From assembly GCA_902559355.1 (NCBI GenBank), contig CACEHM010000001.1:81829-145828 (forward strand): DNA of 64,000 bases. The letters run 5' to 3'. Made by a program: the position numbers and the translations under genes. The notes beneath the pieces are model-generated. The model did no database searches and had not been told where the DNA came from. It was given only the letters and a program-made list of their open reading frames with translations. The stretch's first letter is position 1, and each line of letters opens with the position of its first letter. The DNA comes from an uncultured Gammaproteobacteria bacterium (GTDB lineage Bacteria; Pseudomonadota; Gammaproteobacteria; GCA-002705445; GCA-002716945). Below are positions 20,259 to 30,354 of this stretch, piece by piece.

Positions 20259-21181
20259 GCTGAATTGATTCTTTTCTTAACGATTGTTTCGAATGCAGAG
20301 GGATCTTTTATATGTGTTATTTCTCCAACTTTTGGAAAAATCATATCAACCAATCTAGATAAATAGAATCTTAGACCCGCAGCTATCATTGCATTATTCA
20401 TATGTTTTTTTTCAACAGCTGTTAATTTTCTTTCTAAATTATAACTATTTAAAAAGCTATTATATTTCATTAAATTAATAGACCCATCTTTATTAACGCA
20501 CCAATCATTAATTATTACTGCTAAATCATATATAAAAGGACCGTTGAATGAATAATAGTAGTCAATTATACCGGTGACTTTGTCACCTTGGGCTAAAACA
20601 TTATCTCTAAATAAATCTGAGTGAATCACTCCATTTGGGAGCTTCATTTCAAATATTTTTCTAAATATCTTGCTTGAGTAGTTCAGCATATCTAGTTGTT
20701 CTTTACTAATATGATTTTTAATTTTTGTAATATTTTTTTCCACCCACTTTATATCTCTGTTATTTGATATCTTGTAGTTAAACTTAATTCCAGTAGTATG
20801 AAAGTTACCTACTATAGTTCCAATTGATTTACACAAGGAGACATTTGTTATATTTATAGTTTTTCCAGACAACTTTTCCATTATGGAACATGGTTTCGAT
20901 TTAACTTTTGATAAAATATTTCCTGATTTCGTAAACATTATCTCAGGACAGCACATTTTATTATTTGAGAAATAATTCATTAATTTTAGATATTTTTTCA
21001 ACTTAATCTCTGAAATATCTTCAAAAATTGTGATTATATATTTTCCTTTAGATGTATTTAAGAAGTAGTTAGTATTAGTTATCCCATCAGATATACCTTG
21101 AAAAGACTCCAATGTGCCAATGTTATATTTAGATAATAATAGGGATACGTCTTTGGCGCTTAGATTTGTGTATACAGACAT
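20255..21181 (-). CDS. thrB: Homoserine kinase type II (APH/ePK-like fold)
   Basis: Kinase catalytic loop HSDLFRDNVL and a Pseudomonas-type ThrB N-terminus (DVSLLLSKYNIG...ISDGITNTNYFL). It is divergent from polA, as in Pseudomonas. I placed the start at the internal Met (MSVYTNLS). Confidence 0.7.
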   Translation of the reverse strand: MSVYTNLSAKDVSLLLSKYNIGTLESFQGISDGITNTNYFLNTSKGKYIITIFEDISEIKLKKYLKLMNYFSNNKMCCPEIMFTKSGNILSKVKSKPCSIMEKLSGKTINITNVSLCKSIGTIVGNFHTTGIKFNYKISNNRDIKWVEKNITKIKNHISKEQLDMLNYSSKIFRKIFEMKLPNGVIHSDLFRDNVLAQGDKVTGIIDYYYSFNGPFIYDLAVIINDWCVNKDGSINLMKYNSFLNSYNLERKLTAVEKKHMNNAMIAAGLRFYLSRLVDMIFPKVGEITHIKDPSAFETIVKKRINSA

Positions 21182-21229
21182 GTAATTATGATATATAACT
21201 TTTAATGAACAAACGATATCTAAATTCAA

Positions 21230-23914
21230 ATGGTTTTCCAAGCAAAAAATAAAGATAATTTTATCATTATTGATGGTTCTTCATATTTATACAGAGCATT
21301 TTTTGCATTGCCCAATTTAAAAACATCAACAGGCCTGCATTCTGGAGCTATTCATGGTTTTGCTAATATGCTGAATCGTATCATTGGCGAATATGATCCT
21401 AAGTACTTGCTCATGGTCTTTGATGCAAAAGGTAAAAACTTTAGGCACTCAATTTATGACTCATATAAGGCTAACAGGAACGCTATGCCGGCTGAGTTAT
21501 CCGAACAAACAAGACCTATAATTGATCTTGTTAAAGCATATGGTTTGAAAGTTATTCAGGAAGAGGGTGTTGAAGCAGATGATGTGATTGCATCAGCTGT
21601 TAATCAAATTAAATTAGATAAAACTCAAATAATTATATCCTCTGGTGATAAAGACCTAGCACAGCTTGTGACTAAAACCGTTGTACTAATGAATAACTTT
21701 GATTCAAAAGTATTAGATATCGAAGGCGTTGTTAGTAAGTTTGGTGTGGAGCCAAAACAAATATTTGATTATCTGTGTCTTGTTGGTGATACATCCGATA
21801 ATATACCTGGTGTTCCGAAAGTTGGGCCTAAAACAGCTGTATCATTACTTACCAAGTATAAAAACCTAGATGGTATTTTTAAAAATACTCATGAATTAAA
21901 AGGAAAATTAAAAGAGAATATAGAGGCATCTTTAGAAACAGTTGAGCTCGCAAAAAAACTTGTTGCATTAAAAGATGATTTACCAATAAATATTGATGTT
22001 AATGAGTTTATTATTAAACCTCCTAATATGGATTCTCTTGAGAAAATAATTAATAAATATGAACTTAAGTCTTTATCAAATCAACTTAAAATAAAAACTA
22101 TTAAGAAAAAAACAAAAAAAAATTATGAATTGGTCACATCTATTAAAATGCTTAAACAAGTAATAGATGAATGCATAAAGATGAAAGTATTTTCATTTGA
22201 TACTGAAACAACATCTCTTGATTTTAATGAAGCAGAGCTGGTTGGCTTTAGTATTTCTTACAAGGATAATCATGGTTTTTATTGTCCTCTAGGCCACAGT
22301 TGCGACGCAGAAAAAAATCTTCCATTTGATAAAGTCATTAGTATGTTAAAAGAATTGTTTGAGTATAAAGACTTAACAGTTGTAGGTCAGAACTTTAAGT
22401 ACGATATGAATGTAGTTAAGAAATACTCTATAAATTTTAAAACATCAGTTGAAGATACTATGCTTATGTCATATGTGTTGAATTCGGGCGGCAAGCATGA
22501 TTTGGGGACATTAGCATCAAAGTTCCTTGATCATCAGGTAATATCTTATGAAGACGTTGTTGGCAAAGGTAAAGATCAAATTACATTTGCAGATGTAGAT
22601 ATAAATAAAGCAGTTACATATGCGTGTGAGGACTCTGATCTGACATTGTTATTGTATGGAAAATTGAAATCCAAGCTAATGAAAGACAAACGCTTGTATG
22701 ATGTTTACACAAGTATAGAAATTAAACTTATGTTAATAATTGCTGAGATGGAGTACCTTGGTGTATCAATTGACAACAAAGAACTTGATAAGCAATCAAA
22801 TAATCTTAAAAAAAGAATAGATAAGATTGAGAAGCAAATATACAGTATTTCAGGAAGAGAATTCAATATAAGCTCCCCAAAACAAATTCAAGAGATTTTT
22901 TATGATGAGCTTAAGCTTCCAATACTTAAGAAAACACCAAAAGGCCAACCTTCAACTAATGAAGATGTAATGACTCAGCTTGCAGAAAACCATGAGCTAC
23001 CAAGTTTAATCTTATCATTTAGAAACCTTTTGAAACTTAAAAACACTTACACTGACAAATTAGGTGCACAAGTTAGCTCTGTTTCTGAGAGACTGCATAC
23101 TTCATATAATCAAACCATCACAATCACAGGAAGACTCTCCTCATCTTCACCAAATTTACAAAATATACCAATCAGAACTGCAGATGGAAAAAAAATCAGA
23201 TCGGCATTTATCCCAAGACAAGGATTCAAGTTATTCTCAGCTGACTATTCGCAAATTGAGCTAAGAATTATGGCACACTTATCCGATGATTCAGAAATGA
23301 TAAAAAGTTTTGTAGACGGGGAAGATATACATTCATCAACTGCTAGAAAAGTTTTTAATACAAAAGGCGAACCTAGCTCAGATGAGAGAAGAGCAGCAAA
23401 AGCAATTAATTTTGGTCTCATATACGGAATATCAGCTTATGGTTTAGCGCGTCAACTTAAAATTGATAACATAGAGGCTAAAAGTATTATTGATACATAC
23501 TTTGCTAAATATAAAAGGGTGAGACAATACATGGATGAATTAAAAGAAAAAGCAAAAGAACAAGAGTTCATAGAAACCATGTATGGCAGAAAAGTATTTC
23601 TTCCCAATATTAATCACTCTAATTTTCAAGTAAGAAGTGGCGCCGAGAGAACAGCTATAAATGCACCTATACAAGGTACTGCTGCAGATATTCTGAAACT
23701 TGCAATGATTAAAATAAAGAACTGGCTAGATAAAGAAAAAATATCTGATGTTTATATGATAATGCAAGTTCATGATGAGCTTGTTTTTGAAATTAAAGAA
23801 TGTGATCTAAAAAGTGTCGGTCCAAAAATATGTGATTTGATGATTCATGCTGAGAGGCTAAATGTTCCTCTAATCGTAAACACTTTTAATGGTTACAATT
23901 GGAGTGAGGGATAA
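21230..23914 (+). CDS. polA: DNA polymerase I
   Basis: 894 aa containing a 5'-3' exonuclease domain (IIDGSSYLYRAFFA), a 3'-5' exonuclease domain, and polymerase motifs (DYSQIELR, QVHDELVFE). Confidence 0.95.
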   Translation: MVFQAKNKDNFIIIDGSSYLYRAFFALPNLKTSTGLHSGAIHGFANMLNRIIGEYDPKYLLMVFDAKGKNFRHSIYDSYKANRNAMPAELSEQTRPIIDLVKAYGLKVIQEEGVEADDVIASAVNQIKLDKTQIIISSGDKDLAQLVTKTVVLMNNFDSKVLDIEGVVSKFGVEPKQIFDYLCLVGDTSDNIPGVPKVGPKTAVSLLTKYKNLDGIFKNTHELKGKLKENIEASLETVELAKKLVALKDDLPINIDVNEFIIKPPNMDSLEKIINKYELKSLSNQLKIKTIKKKTKKNYELVTSIKMLKQVIDECIKMKVFSFDTETTSLDFNEAELVGFSISYKDNHGFYCPLGHSCDAEKNLPFDKVISMLKELFEYKDLTVVGQNFKYDMNVVKKYSINFKTSVEDTMLMSYVLNSGGKHDLGTLASKFLDHQVISYEDVVGKGKDQITFADVDINKAVTYACEDSDLTLLLYGKLKSKLMKDKRLYDVYTSIEIKLMLIIAEMEYLGVSIDNKELDKQSNNLKKRIDKIEKQIYSISGREFNISSPKQIQEIFYDELKLPILKKTPKGQPSTNEDVMTQLAENHELPSLILSFRNLLKLKNTYTDKLGAQVSSVSERLHTSYNQTITITGRLSSSSPNLQNIPIRTADGKKIRSAFIPRQGFKLFSADYSQIELRIMAHLSDDSEMIKSFVDGEDIHSSTARKVFNTKGEPSSDERRAAKAINFGLIYGISAYGLARQLKIDNIEAKSIIDTYFAKYKRVRQYMDELKEKAKEQEFIETMYGRKVFLPNINHSNFQVRSGAERTAINAPIQGTAADILKLAMIKIKNWLDKEKISDVYMIMQVHDELVFEIKECDLKSVGPKICDLMIHAERLNVPLIVNTFNGYNWSEG

Positions 23915-23960
23915 TTGTAGATAGATTGAACTAAATTCATATTTCGTTATAATTACCCCA

Positions 23961-24575
23961 ATGAAATTTCAACGTCAATTACAAATAGTTAGTTTCTTTT
24001 TTATAGCCCTTATAAACCCTGCTTATTCTGATGTTGCAAAAGGCAAAGAGCTGTCTGCATCATGCGTTGCATGTCATGGTGTCAACGGCATTTCATTGAA
24101 CCCAGTATGGCCTAAACTAGCAGGTCAAAATCCAAAATATCTTGCAGCTCAACTATATGAATTCAAAAAAGGCCCAGACGGCAACAGGAACAATGCTGTC
24201 ATGTATGGAATAGCAATGACGTTGTCTGATTCAGATATAAATAACTTATCTGATTATTATGCTTCATTAAAGCCAACTGTTGGTGTTGTCAAAGACGATT
24301 ATCTCGAACTTGGGAGAAATATTTACAGAGGTGGGAATATGGATATTAAAATGCAAGCATGTATAAGTTGTCATGGTCCTAATGGTCAAGGTAATTATGC
24401 TGCGGCGATTCCAATGTTATCCGGTCAACACTCACAATACACATATCAACAGTTAAAAAATTTCCAAATATCTACTCGATCAAATGATTATAATAAAATG
24501 ATGAGAAATATAGTTCATAGAATGACTGACGAAGAAATGAAGGCTGTGGCAAGCTATATTGAAGGTTTATACTAA
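23961..24575 (+). CDS. Cytochrome c4 (diheme)
   Basis: Signal peptide plus two CxxCH motifs (CVACHG, CISCHG) with c4-type spacing. Confidence 0.85.
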   Translation: MKFQRQLQIVSFFFIALINPAYSDVAKGKELSASCVACHGVNGISLNPVWPKLAGQNPKYLAAQLYEFKKGPDGNRNNAVMYGIAMTLSDSDINNLSDYYASLKPTVGVVKDDYLELGRNIYRGGNMDIKMQACISCHGPNGQGNYAAAIPMLSGQHSQYTYQQLKNFQISTRSNDYNKMMRNIVHRMTDEEMKAVASYIEGLY

Positions 24576-25186
24576 TGCTTAAGATAAAATTTACCTTTTT
24601 AGCACTTTTTTTAATCTTAATTTCATCATCAAATGTATTTGCACAAAAGTATGTTCAAATTTCAACTGAAAAGCAGCAAGAATCAAAAGATATTATCATC
24701 TATGAGTTTTTTTGGTACGGATGTCCCCACTGTTATAACATAGAGCCAACTATGGATAGGATTGAAGCGGATTTAGAAAAGGATACAAGAGTAGTCAAGT
24801 TACCAGTCGCTCTTAGAGATTCTTGGATTCCCCATGCTAAACTTTATTATGCTCTAAAACAAATGGATAAAATTGACCTAGTTCATAACTTAATCTTTGA
24901 GGAAATACATTTAGAAGACAATCGATTGAATACAGAACAGCAAATGATTGATTTTCTTGGGAAACACGGCATTGATACTGATAAATTTATAGAAAAATAT
25001 AATAGTTTTGGCACAGAGGCAAGAATAAAAAAAGCTAGTAATCTAGCTAAACAATATCAAATTGATTCTGTACCAACAATTATTATTAATGGAAAGTTTT
25101 TAACAAGCGGCTCATATGTTTCAAGTTATGATGAGTTATACAGCGTTGTTAATTTATTAGTTGAACGTGAAAGAAACGGTTTATAG
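24575..25186 (+). CDS. dsbA: Thiol:disulfide interchange protein DsbA
   Basis: Signal peptide and active site CPHC in a thioredoxin fold (EFFWYGCPHCY). Its start overlaps the cytochrome c4 stop (TAATG). Confidence 0.85.
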   Translation: MLKIKFTFLALFLILISSSNVFAQKYVQISTEKQQESKDIIIYEFFWYGCPHCYNIEPTMDRIEADLEKDTRVVKLPVALRDSWIPHAKLYYALKQMDKIDLVHNLIFEEIHLEDNRLNTEQQMIDFLGKHGIDTDKFIEKYNSFGTEARIKKASNLAKQYQIDSVPTIIINGKFLTSGSYVSSYDELYSVVNLLVERERNGL

Positions 25187-25195
25187 GAGAAACAT

Positions 25196-26050
25196 ATGAC
25201 AGCAAAGATTATTAGTGGAAGAGAGGTCGCAGAGCACATTCTTGAAGAAGAACTCTCAAAGAAAGTTGAGATTTTGAAAGCTAAGAATGTCATTCCTAAC
25301 TTAGTCGTTATTCTTGTAGGAGAAATGAAAGCATCAGCAAGTTATGTAAAACAAAAAGAAAAATTCGCTGCAAAAGCTGGAATTAAATCTGAGGTAAGAC
25401 GATTTGACGCAGAGATAAGTGAAAGCGATATATTATCTCAAATTGATATGATTAATGAAGATGCGTTGATCCATGGCGTAATTGTTCAATTACCTTTGCC
25501 AGACCATATTTCAGTAGCAAAAGTGCTTAATCGAATTCACCCATCGAAAGATGTTGATGGCTTTACCCCTACTAATGTTGGTAAATTATTTTTAGGTGAG
25601 GACACTCTCGTTTCTTGTACTCCCAAAGGCATTATGCAGATGCTTAGAATATCTGGTACCGATTTAAATGGTAAGAATGTAACCGTTATTGGCCGGTCAA
25701 ATATTGTTGGTAAGCCTGTATCGATATTGTGTCAGTCTGAGAATGCAACAGTAACTATGTGTCACTCGCGCACTAAAGATTTGAATCATAAACTTTCTGA
25801 TGCTGATGTTATTATTGTGGCTGTGGGTGTACCGAAGTTTATATCTGGGGAGCAAATACCAGAAGGTGCCGTTGTTATTGATGTAGGTATACATAATATT
25901 GATGGAAAACTTTGTGGAGATGTTGATTTTGAATCAGCAAAAGAAAAAGCTTCTTCGATAACTCCTGTTCCTGGAGGAGTCGGCCCCATGACTGTTTGTG
26001 CTTTAATAGAAAATACAATTTTAGCAGCTGAGAGAATACATAGCGCCTGA
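25196..26050 (+). CDS. folD: Bifunctional methylenetetrahydrofolate dehydrogenase/cyclohydrolase
   Basis: 284 aa carrying the FolD motifs (SYVKQK, VQLPLP, GRSNIVGKP, PVPGGVGPMT). Confidence 0.9.
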   Translation: MTAKIISGREVAEHILEEELSKKVEILKAKNVIPNLVVILVGEMKASASYVKQKEKFAAKAGIKSEVRRFDAEISESDILSQIDMINEDALIHGVIVQLPLPDHISVAKVLNRIHPSKDVDGFTPTNVGKLFLGEDTLVSCTPKGIMQMLRISGTDLNGKNVTVIGRSNIVGKPVSILCQSENATVTMCHSRTKDLNHKLSDADVIIVAVGVPKFISGEQIPEGAVVIDVGIHNIDGKLCGDVDFESAKEKASSITPVPGGVGPMTVCALIENTILAAERIHSA

Positions 26051-26115
26051 GAAGATTCGAACTTCTGACCTTTAGCTTCGGAAGCTAACGCTCTATCCAG
26101 CTGAGCTACAGACGC
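26043..26115 (-). tRNA. tRNA-Arg (anticodon CCG)
   Basis: I folded the minus-strand sequence GCGTCTGTAGCTCAGCTGGATAGAGCGTTAGCTTCCGAAGCTAAAGGTCAGAAGTTCGAATCTTCTCAGGCGCT by hand. Acceptor stem 7 bp with one GU pair, D stem GCTC/GAGC, anticodon stem TTAGC/GCTAA, loop TTCCGAA, T-stem AGAAG/CTTCT. The 3' end overlaps the folD stop. Confidence 0.8.
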
Positions 26116-26179
26116 AAATAGTTATTCAAATAAATTACTTTTCAAGTATAATCTACTGAAGAAAAAAAATGAGAGAAAA

Positions 26180-26656
26180 ATGAGCGGCACATCAGATAAA
26201 GAATTCTATAAATTATTTGGCTATATAACCATTTTCATTATTTTATTAGCAATAATCATTACCATACTCTCCAAAGTATTTGCATCATCTGTAACAAATG
26301 ATAATTATGATACTGTGAAAGAAAAAGCTACTGAAGAACGCTTGTTATCCTCTGAAAAAATCAATTTAGCAAGTAACCCTACATTTAAAACTGAAGTTAT
26401 TGAAGTTTCATCAACTAAATCAGGTAAAGATATTTATAATTCTGTTTGTATGTCATGCCACATGAGTGGTGCTGCAGGTGCTCCTATTACAGGGAAAGTT
26501 GATCAATGGTCAGAGAGAATTGCAAAAGGTAGTGATACCCTTTACAACAATGCAATTAACGGAATAGGTGTCATGCCTGCAAAAGGCGGTCTCATGTCTT
26601 TAAGTGATGACGATGTAAAGCTTGCGGTAGATTATATGATAGATCAATCTAAATAA
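26180..26656 (+). CDS. Cytochrome c5
   Basis: N-terminal membrane anchor plus the c5 signature GKDIYNSVCMSCHMSGAAGAPITG...W. Confidence 0.8.
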   Translation: MSGTSDKEFYKLFGYITIFIILLAIIITILSKVFASSVTNDNYDTVKEKATEERLLSSEKINLASNPTFKTEVIEVSSTKSGKDIYNSVCMSCHMSGAAGAPITGKVDQWSERIAKGSDTLYNNAINGIGVMPAKGGLMSLSDDDVKLAVDYMIDQSK

Positions 26657-26660
26657 GATA

Positions 26661-26885
26661 TTATTTTTTGAATTTTTCTTCTAAATCATCTAGTTTTTTA
26701 CGCGTTTTCAATAATACTTCTTTTTGTACATCAAACTCTTCTCTTGTGACGACATCAATTTTTCGCAAATAATCATTGAGTAAAATTTTAAGATTGTCTT
26801 TTACGTCATCTCTCATATCTTTCGTATTTTGAGGAAGTATATTTAATATTCCTTCTATTAATTCTTTAATTTTATTCGATTCCAT
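26661..26885 (-). CDS. ubiK: Ubiquinone biosynthesis accessory factor UbiK (YqiC/BMFP family)
   Basis: 74-aa coiled-coil protein. Its C-terminal region TREEFDVQKEVLLKTRKKLDDLE closely matches the YqiC REEFDVQTQVLLRTREKL motif. Confidence 0.75.
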   Translation of the reverse strand: MESNKIKELIEGILNILPQNTKDMRDDVKDNLKILLNDYLRKIDVVTREEFDVQKEVLLKTRKKLDDLEEKFKK

Positions 26886-26887
26886 AT

Positions 26888-26917
26888 TGCACTCCTTTCA
26901 TGCACTAAATATGTGCA
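26888..26917. promoter_or_regulatory. Two overlapping NtrC-type enhancer sites (TGCAC-N7-GTGCA dyads)
   Basis: TGCACTcctttCATGCA at 26888..26904 and TGCACTaaataTGTGCA at 26901..26917. The second is a perfect match to the NtrC core dyad TGCACC-N5-GGTGCA. They lie about 160 bp upstream of a sigma-54 promoter. Confidence 0.55.
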
Positions 26918-27072
26918 AGAAATAAAAGAATTTATCACGTTACAAAAATATTACAAATATTATACATAAATACACTACAAACCTTTTTTAAATTAATATT
27001 TTTATGTATTATACAATCAATATTATACAGGGATATAGGGCCTTTGGCTCAATATTATATAATATTAAAAGT

Positions 27073-27088
27073 TGGCATAGTTCATGCA
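27073..27088 (+). promoter_or_regulatory. Sigma-54 (-24/-12) promoter upstream of porin-glnK-amtB
   Basis: TGGCATagttcATGCA fits the consensus TGGCACG-N4-TTGCA, with GG and GC exactly 10 nt apart. It sits about 100 bp upstream of the porin start codon. Confidence 0.6.
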
Positions 27089-27185
27089 TATCTACTAATG
27101 ATAGCTTTACTATTTGTCAGAGATGAATGTCGACTATCACTAATAAACTAAAATATAACCATTTTACGAAAGGGAGAATATATAA

Positions 27186-27863
27186 ATGAAAAAATTAATT
27201 AATTCGTCACTTTCAGTAGCTATGGCAACATTGATGTCACTATCAATGTTTGCACAAGCTGGTGAAGCCGTGGCAGATGATCATGCAAGCTCTGTAAGCT
27301 ACAATGTTGGATATATGTCTGAATATTGGTACAGAGGTGTCTATCAATCAGAATCAGCAGTAAGCTTTGGTGCAGATATGGAAGCTGGTAGCTTTTATGC
27401 TGGAACATGGTGGGCTGACGTAGATTCAGGCGTGGAATATGATATCTATGCAGGTTTCAACTTTGAGCTGATGGGTCTTCCAATGTACTTAGGTGCAACT
27501 GGATATTACTACTCAGATAATTTTGATGGTGATTATGAAGAAATGAACGTAGGTGTTGATTTAGGTTTTGCTGCAATCGATTATGCTTTTGCAGGGACTT
27601 ATGATCAGCTAGCAAATGCAGGTGAACTAGACTATGAACACTTTACAATTTCTGGCGCAGTACCTATGACTTCTCTAGATTTCACATACGGTACCTTCCA
27701 AGATGAACTAACAGGACACTACTATGAACTTTCATACGGTGCAACTGTAAGCGGCGTTGATGTTGGTGTTGTTCTAGGTAGAAACTCAGATGACTCAACA
27801 GCTGCTAAAGCTAGTGATAAGGATACAACTTACGCTACTTTTAGTTTAGGGTATAGTTTCTAA
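27186..27863 (+). CDS. Putative outer-membrane beta-barrel porin (TorF-like), acidic and Tyr/Gly-rich
   Basis: Signal peptide (MKKLINSSLSVAMATLMSLSMFAQA), alternating hydrophobic beta-strand pattern, and a C-terminal aromatic residue (SLGYSF), which are porin hallmarks. It lies directly upstream of glnK-amtB. Confidence 0.55.
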   Translation: MKKLINSSLSVAMATLMSLSMFAQAGEAVADDHASSVSYNVGYMSEYWYRGVYQSESAVSFGADMEAGSFYAGTWWADVDSGVEYDIYAGFNFELMGLPMYLGATGYYYSDNFDGDYEEMNVGVDLGFAAIDYAFAGTYDQLANAGELDYEHFTISGAVPMTSLDFTYGTFQDELTGHYYELSYGATVSGVDVGVVLGRNSDDSTAAKASDKDTTYATFSLGYSF

Positions 27864-27902
27864 AAATTTTAGTTTATAATTAGTGGTAGGAGACGTTTGT
27901 GA

Positions 27903-28241
<339 letters not shown>

Positions 28242-28267
28242 TTAACGTTATTAATTAGGAGATTGCA

Positions 28268-29545
28268 ATGGAAGCTTTAGAAGGTAAAGTCATTGAACTT
28301 GCTTATGCTTTAGACACATTCTACTTTTTAGTTATGGGAGCCTTTGTCATGTGGATGGCAGCAGGTTTTACCATGCTTGAATCTGGTCTTGTCAGGGCTA
28401 AAAATACAGCGGAAATTCTTACAAAAAATATATCTTTATATTCGATATCAGTGATCATGTACATGGTTGTCGGATATAACTTGATGTATCCAGGTGGAGG
28501 CACAGGGGTAATTCCTGAACTTTCATTCTTTTTAGGTGCTGATAATACTGCCGAGGCAGCTATTGCCAGCGGTGGTGATATTTATTATTCAGGTATTTCA
28601 GATCACTTCTTCCAGGTAGTGTTTGTTGCAACAGCTTGCTCGATCATTTCTGGTGCAGTTGCTGAAAGAATGAAATTATGGCCATTTTTATTATTCTGTG
28701 TTGTTATGACCAGTATAATTTATCCAGTACAAGGATATTGGAAATGGGGTGGCGGTTTCTTAGATGAAGCTGGATTCTCAGATTTTGCGGGTTCTGGTGT
28801 AGTACATCTATGTGGAGCGGTTGCTGCACTAGCAGGTGTGTTAGTATTAGGTTCAAGAAAAGGAAAATATACAGATGGTAAAGTAAATGCTATGCCAGGT
28901 GCAAACCTTCCTCTAGCTACTCTTGGAACATTCATTTTATGGTTAGGCTGGTTCGGCTTCAATGGTGGATCAGAGCTAATCATCTCAAACGTTGCAGAAG
29001 CTAATGCTGTATCAATGGTATTTGTTAATACCAACCTAGCAGCAGCTGGTGGCGTAATGGGAGCACTAATTATTTCCAAACTAATGTTTGGTAAATCAGA
29101 TTTAACAATGGCATTAAACGGAGCTATAGGCGGTCTTGTTTCAATAACAGCTGAACCTCTAGCACCAACACCAGGCCTAGCACTTATAATCGGCGCTATT
29201 GGTGGCCTAATAGTTGTTATGTCAATTGTTATGCTTGATAAGATGAAAATTGATGATCCGGTTGGAGCTATTTCAGCACACGGAACATGCGGAATATGGG
29301 GACTTCTAGCAGTAACACTGACTGGCGGTTCTTTAGGCGCTCAAGTTTATGGCGCTCTAATGATTTTCCTATGGACTTTCATTGTCAGCTATATCTTCTG
29401 GTCATTAATAAAAATGTTCTTTGGTTTAAGAGTAACTGAAGACGAAGAATCAGAGGGTGTAGACATATCTGAATGTGGATTAGAAGCATATCCAGAATTC
29501 AGTAAAGCTTCTGGCGCTAAACCTTCAGTTTACCCAGAGCAATAA
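28268..29545 (+). CDS. amtB: Ammonium transporter
   Basis: 425 aa with 11-12 TM segments and Amt motifs (DFAGSGVVHLCGAVAALAG..., HGTCGIWG). Confidence 0.9.
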   Translation: MEALEGKVIELAYALDTFYFLVMGAFVMWMAAGFTMLESGLVRAKNTAEILTKNISLYSISVIMYMVVGYNLMYPGGGTGVIPELSFFLGADNTAEAAIASGGDIYYSGISDHFFQVVFVATACSIISGAVAERMKLWPFLLFCVVMTSIIYPVQGYWKWGGGFLDEAGFSDFAGSGVVHLCGAVAALAGVLVLGSRKGKYTDGKVNAMPGANLPLATLGTFILWLGWFGFNGGSELIISNVAEANAVSMVFVNTNLAAAGGVMGALIISKLMFGKSDLTMALNGAIGGLVSITAEPLAPTPGLALIIGAIGGLIVVMSIVMLDKMKIDDPVGAISAHGTCGIWGLLAVTLTGGSLGAQVYGALMIFLWTFIVSYIFWSLIKMFFGLRVTEDEESEGVDISECGLEAYPEFSKASGAKPSVYPEQ

Positions 29546-29563
29546 TATAAGCATATCCTAAGG

Positions 29564-29590
29564 GAGCGTAGTGCAAGCTACGCTCTTTTA
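29564..29590. terminator. Rho-independent, likely bidirectional terminator between amtB (+) and speE (-)
   Basis: GAGCGTAG-tgcaa-GCTACGCTC hairpin followed by TTTTA. The upstream flank is A-rich (aataatataa), so the hairpin is also U-tailed on the minus strand. Confidence 0.55.
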
Positions 29591-30300
29591 GCACTAATAA
29601 AAGACCAAGTACCAGTAGGATATAATGGCATTGAAAAACTTGATAGCATTATCTTCTTCATTCCAATATCGGTATACTTTTTTACCAATGGCTTAATTAA
29701 GCATTTCATATCAGTTATAGGCGATCCTGATTGCTGGATTAATGTTCCTCCCTTTTTAAGTGAGTTATTACATAGTTTAATAAAATTCTTTGAGTATAAT
29801 ATTTTTGCTTGACCTACAGGGTCGGTAGAATCAATTATTATACAATCATATTTAGTACGATTATTTTTTATAAAAACCATTCCGTCTTCTATAATTAGTT
29901 TTATATTATTTAACTGTTTTTTAGTTAATTTAAAATGATCAGGAAAGAATTTTTTGGAAACCTGAACAACTTTATCATCAATTTCTACAATAGTTATCTT
30001 AATTTTACTGTCTCGCCGAACTAACATACTTGCAATACCATAATCACCTCCTCCTACGATTAAAATATTTTTTGATTTCTTAGGAGTCAAATCTAGACTC
30101 ATATTATGGTAATGGTCTTGATTTATCTCTGAGAGCATAAAACACCCATCTAAGTAGAGTGCATTACCATAATTATGTGTTTTGATAACTTCAATATTTT
30201 GAAATTTACTTTGACAACGGTATAAATATTTCTCATACTTTACACCAATTGATGTTCCAGAGGCCTCATCATGTTCATAATAAATATTTTTAGTTTTCAT
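29578..30300 (-). CDS. speE: Spermidine synthase
   Basis: 240 aa with the SpeE motifs (VGGGDYGIASM, DSTDPVG). Confidence 0.85.
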   Translation of the reverse strand: MKTKNIYYEHDEASGTSIGVKYEKYLYRCQSKFQNIEVIKTHNYGNALYLDGCFMLSEINQDHYHNMSLDLTPKKSKNILIVGGGDYGIASMLVRRDSKIKITIVEIDDKVVQVSKKFFPDHFKLTKKQLNNIKLIIEDGMVFIKNNRTKYDCIIIDSTDPVGQAKILYSKNFIKLCNNSLKKGGTLIQQSGSPITDMKCLIKPLVKKYTDIGMKKIMLSSFSMPLYPTGTWSFISAKRA

Positions 30301-30354
30301 TTACTTATTCATTCTAGAATATATTAATTTTGATTATATTTAAGTTTTATAATT

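Noticed and set aside
28720-29079. A 119-aa antisense ORF inside amtB, and similar antisense or out-of-frame ORFs such as 1996..2271, 2705..2890, 3873..4067, 27970..28245, 57973..58317, 59214..59408 and 60258..61322
   Set aside because: All are embedded in confidently assigned genes on the other strand or frame. They have low-complexity or atypical composition and no motif, and are expected by chance in an AT-rich genome with long sense ORFs.
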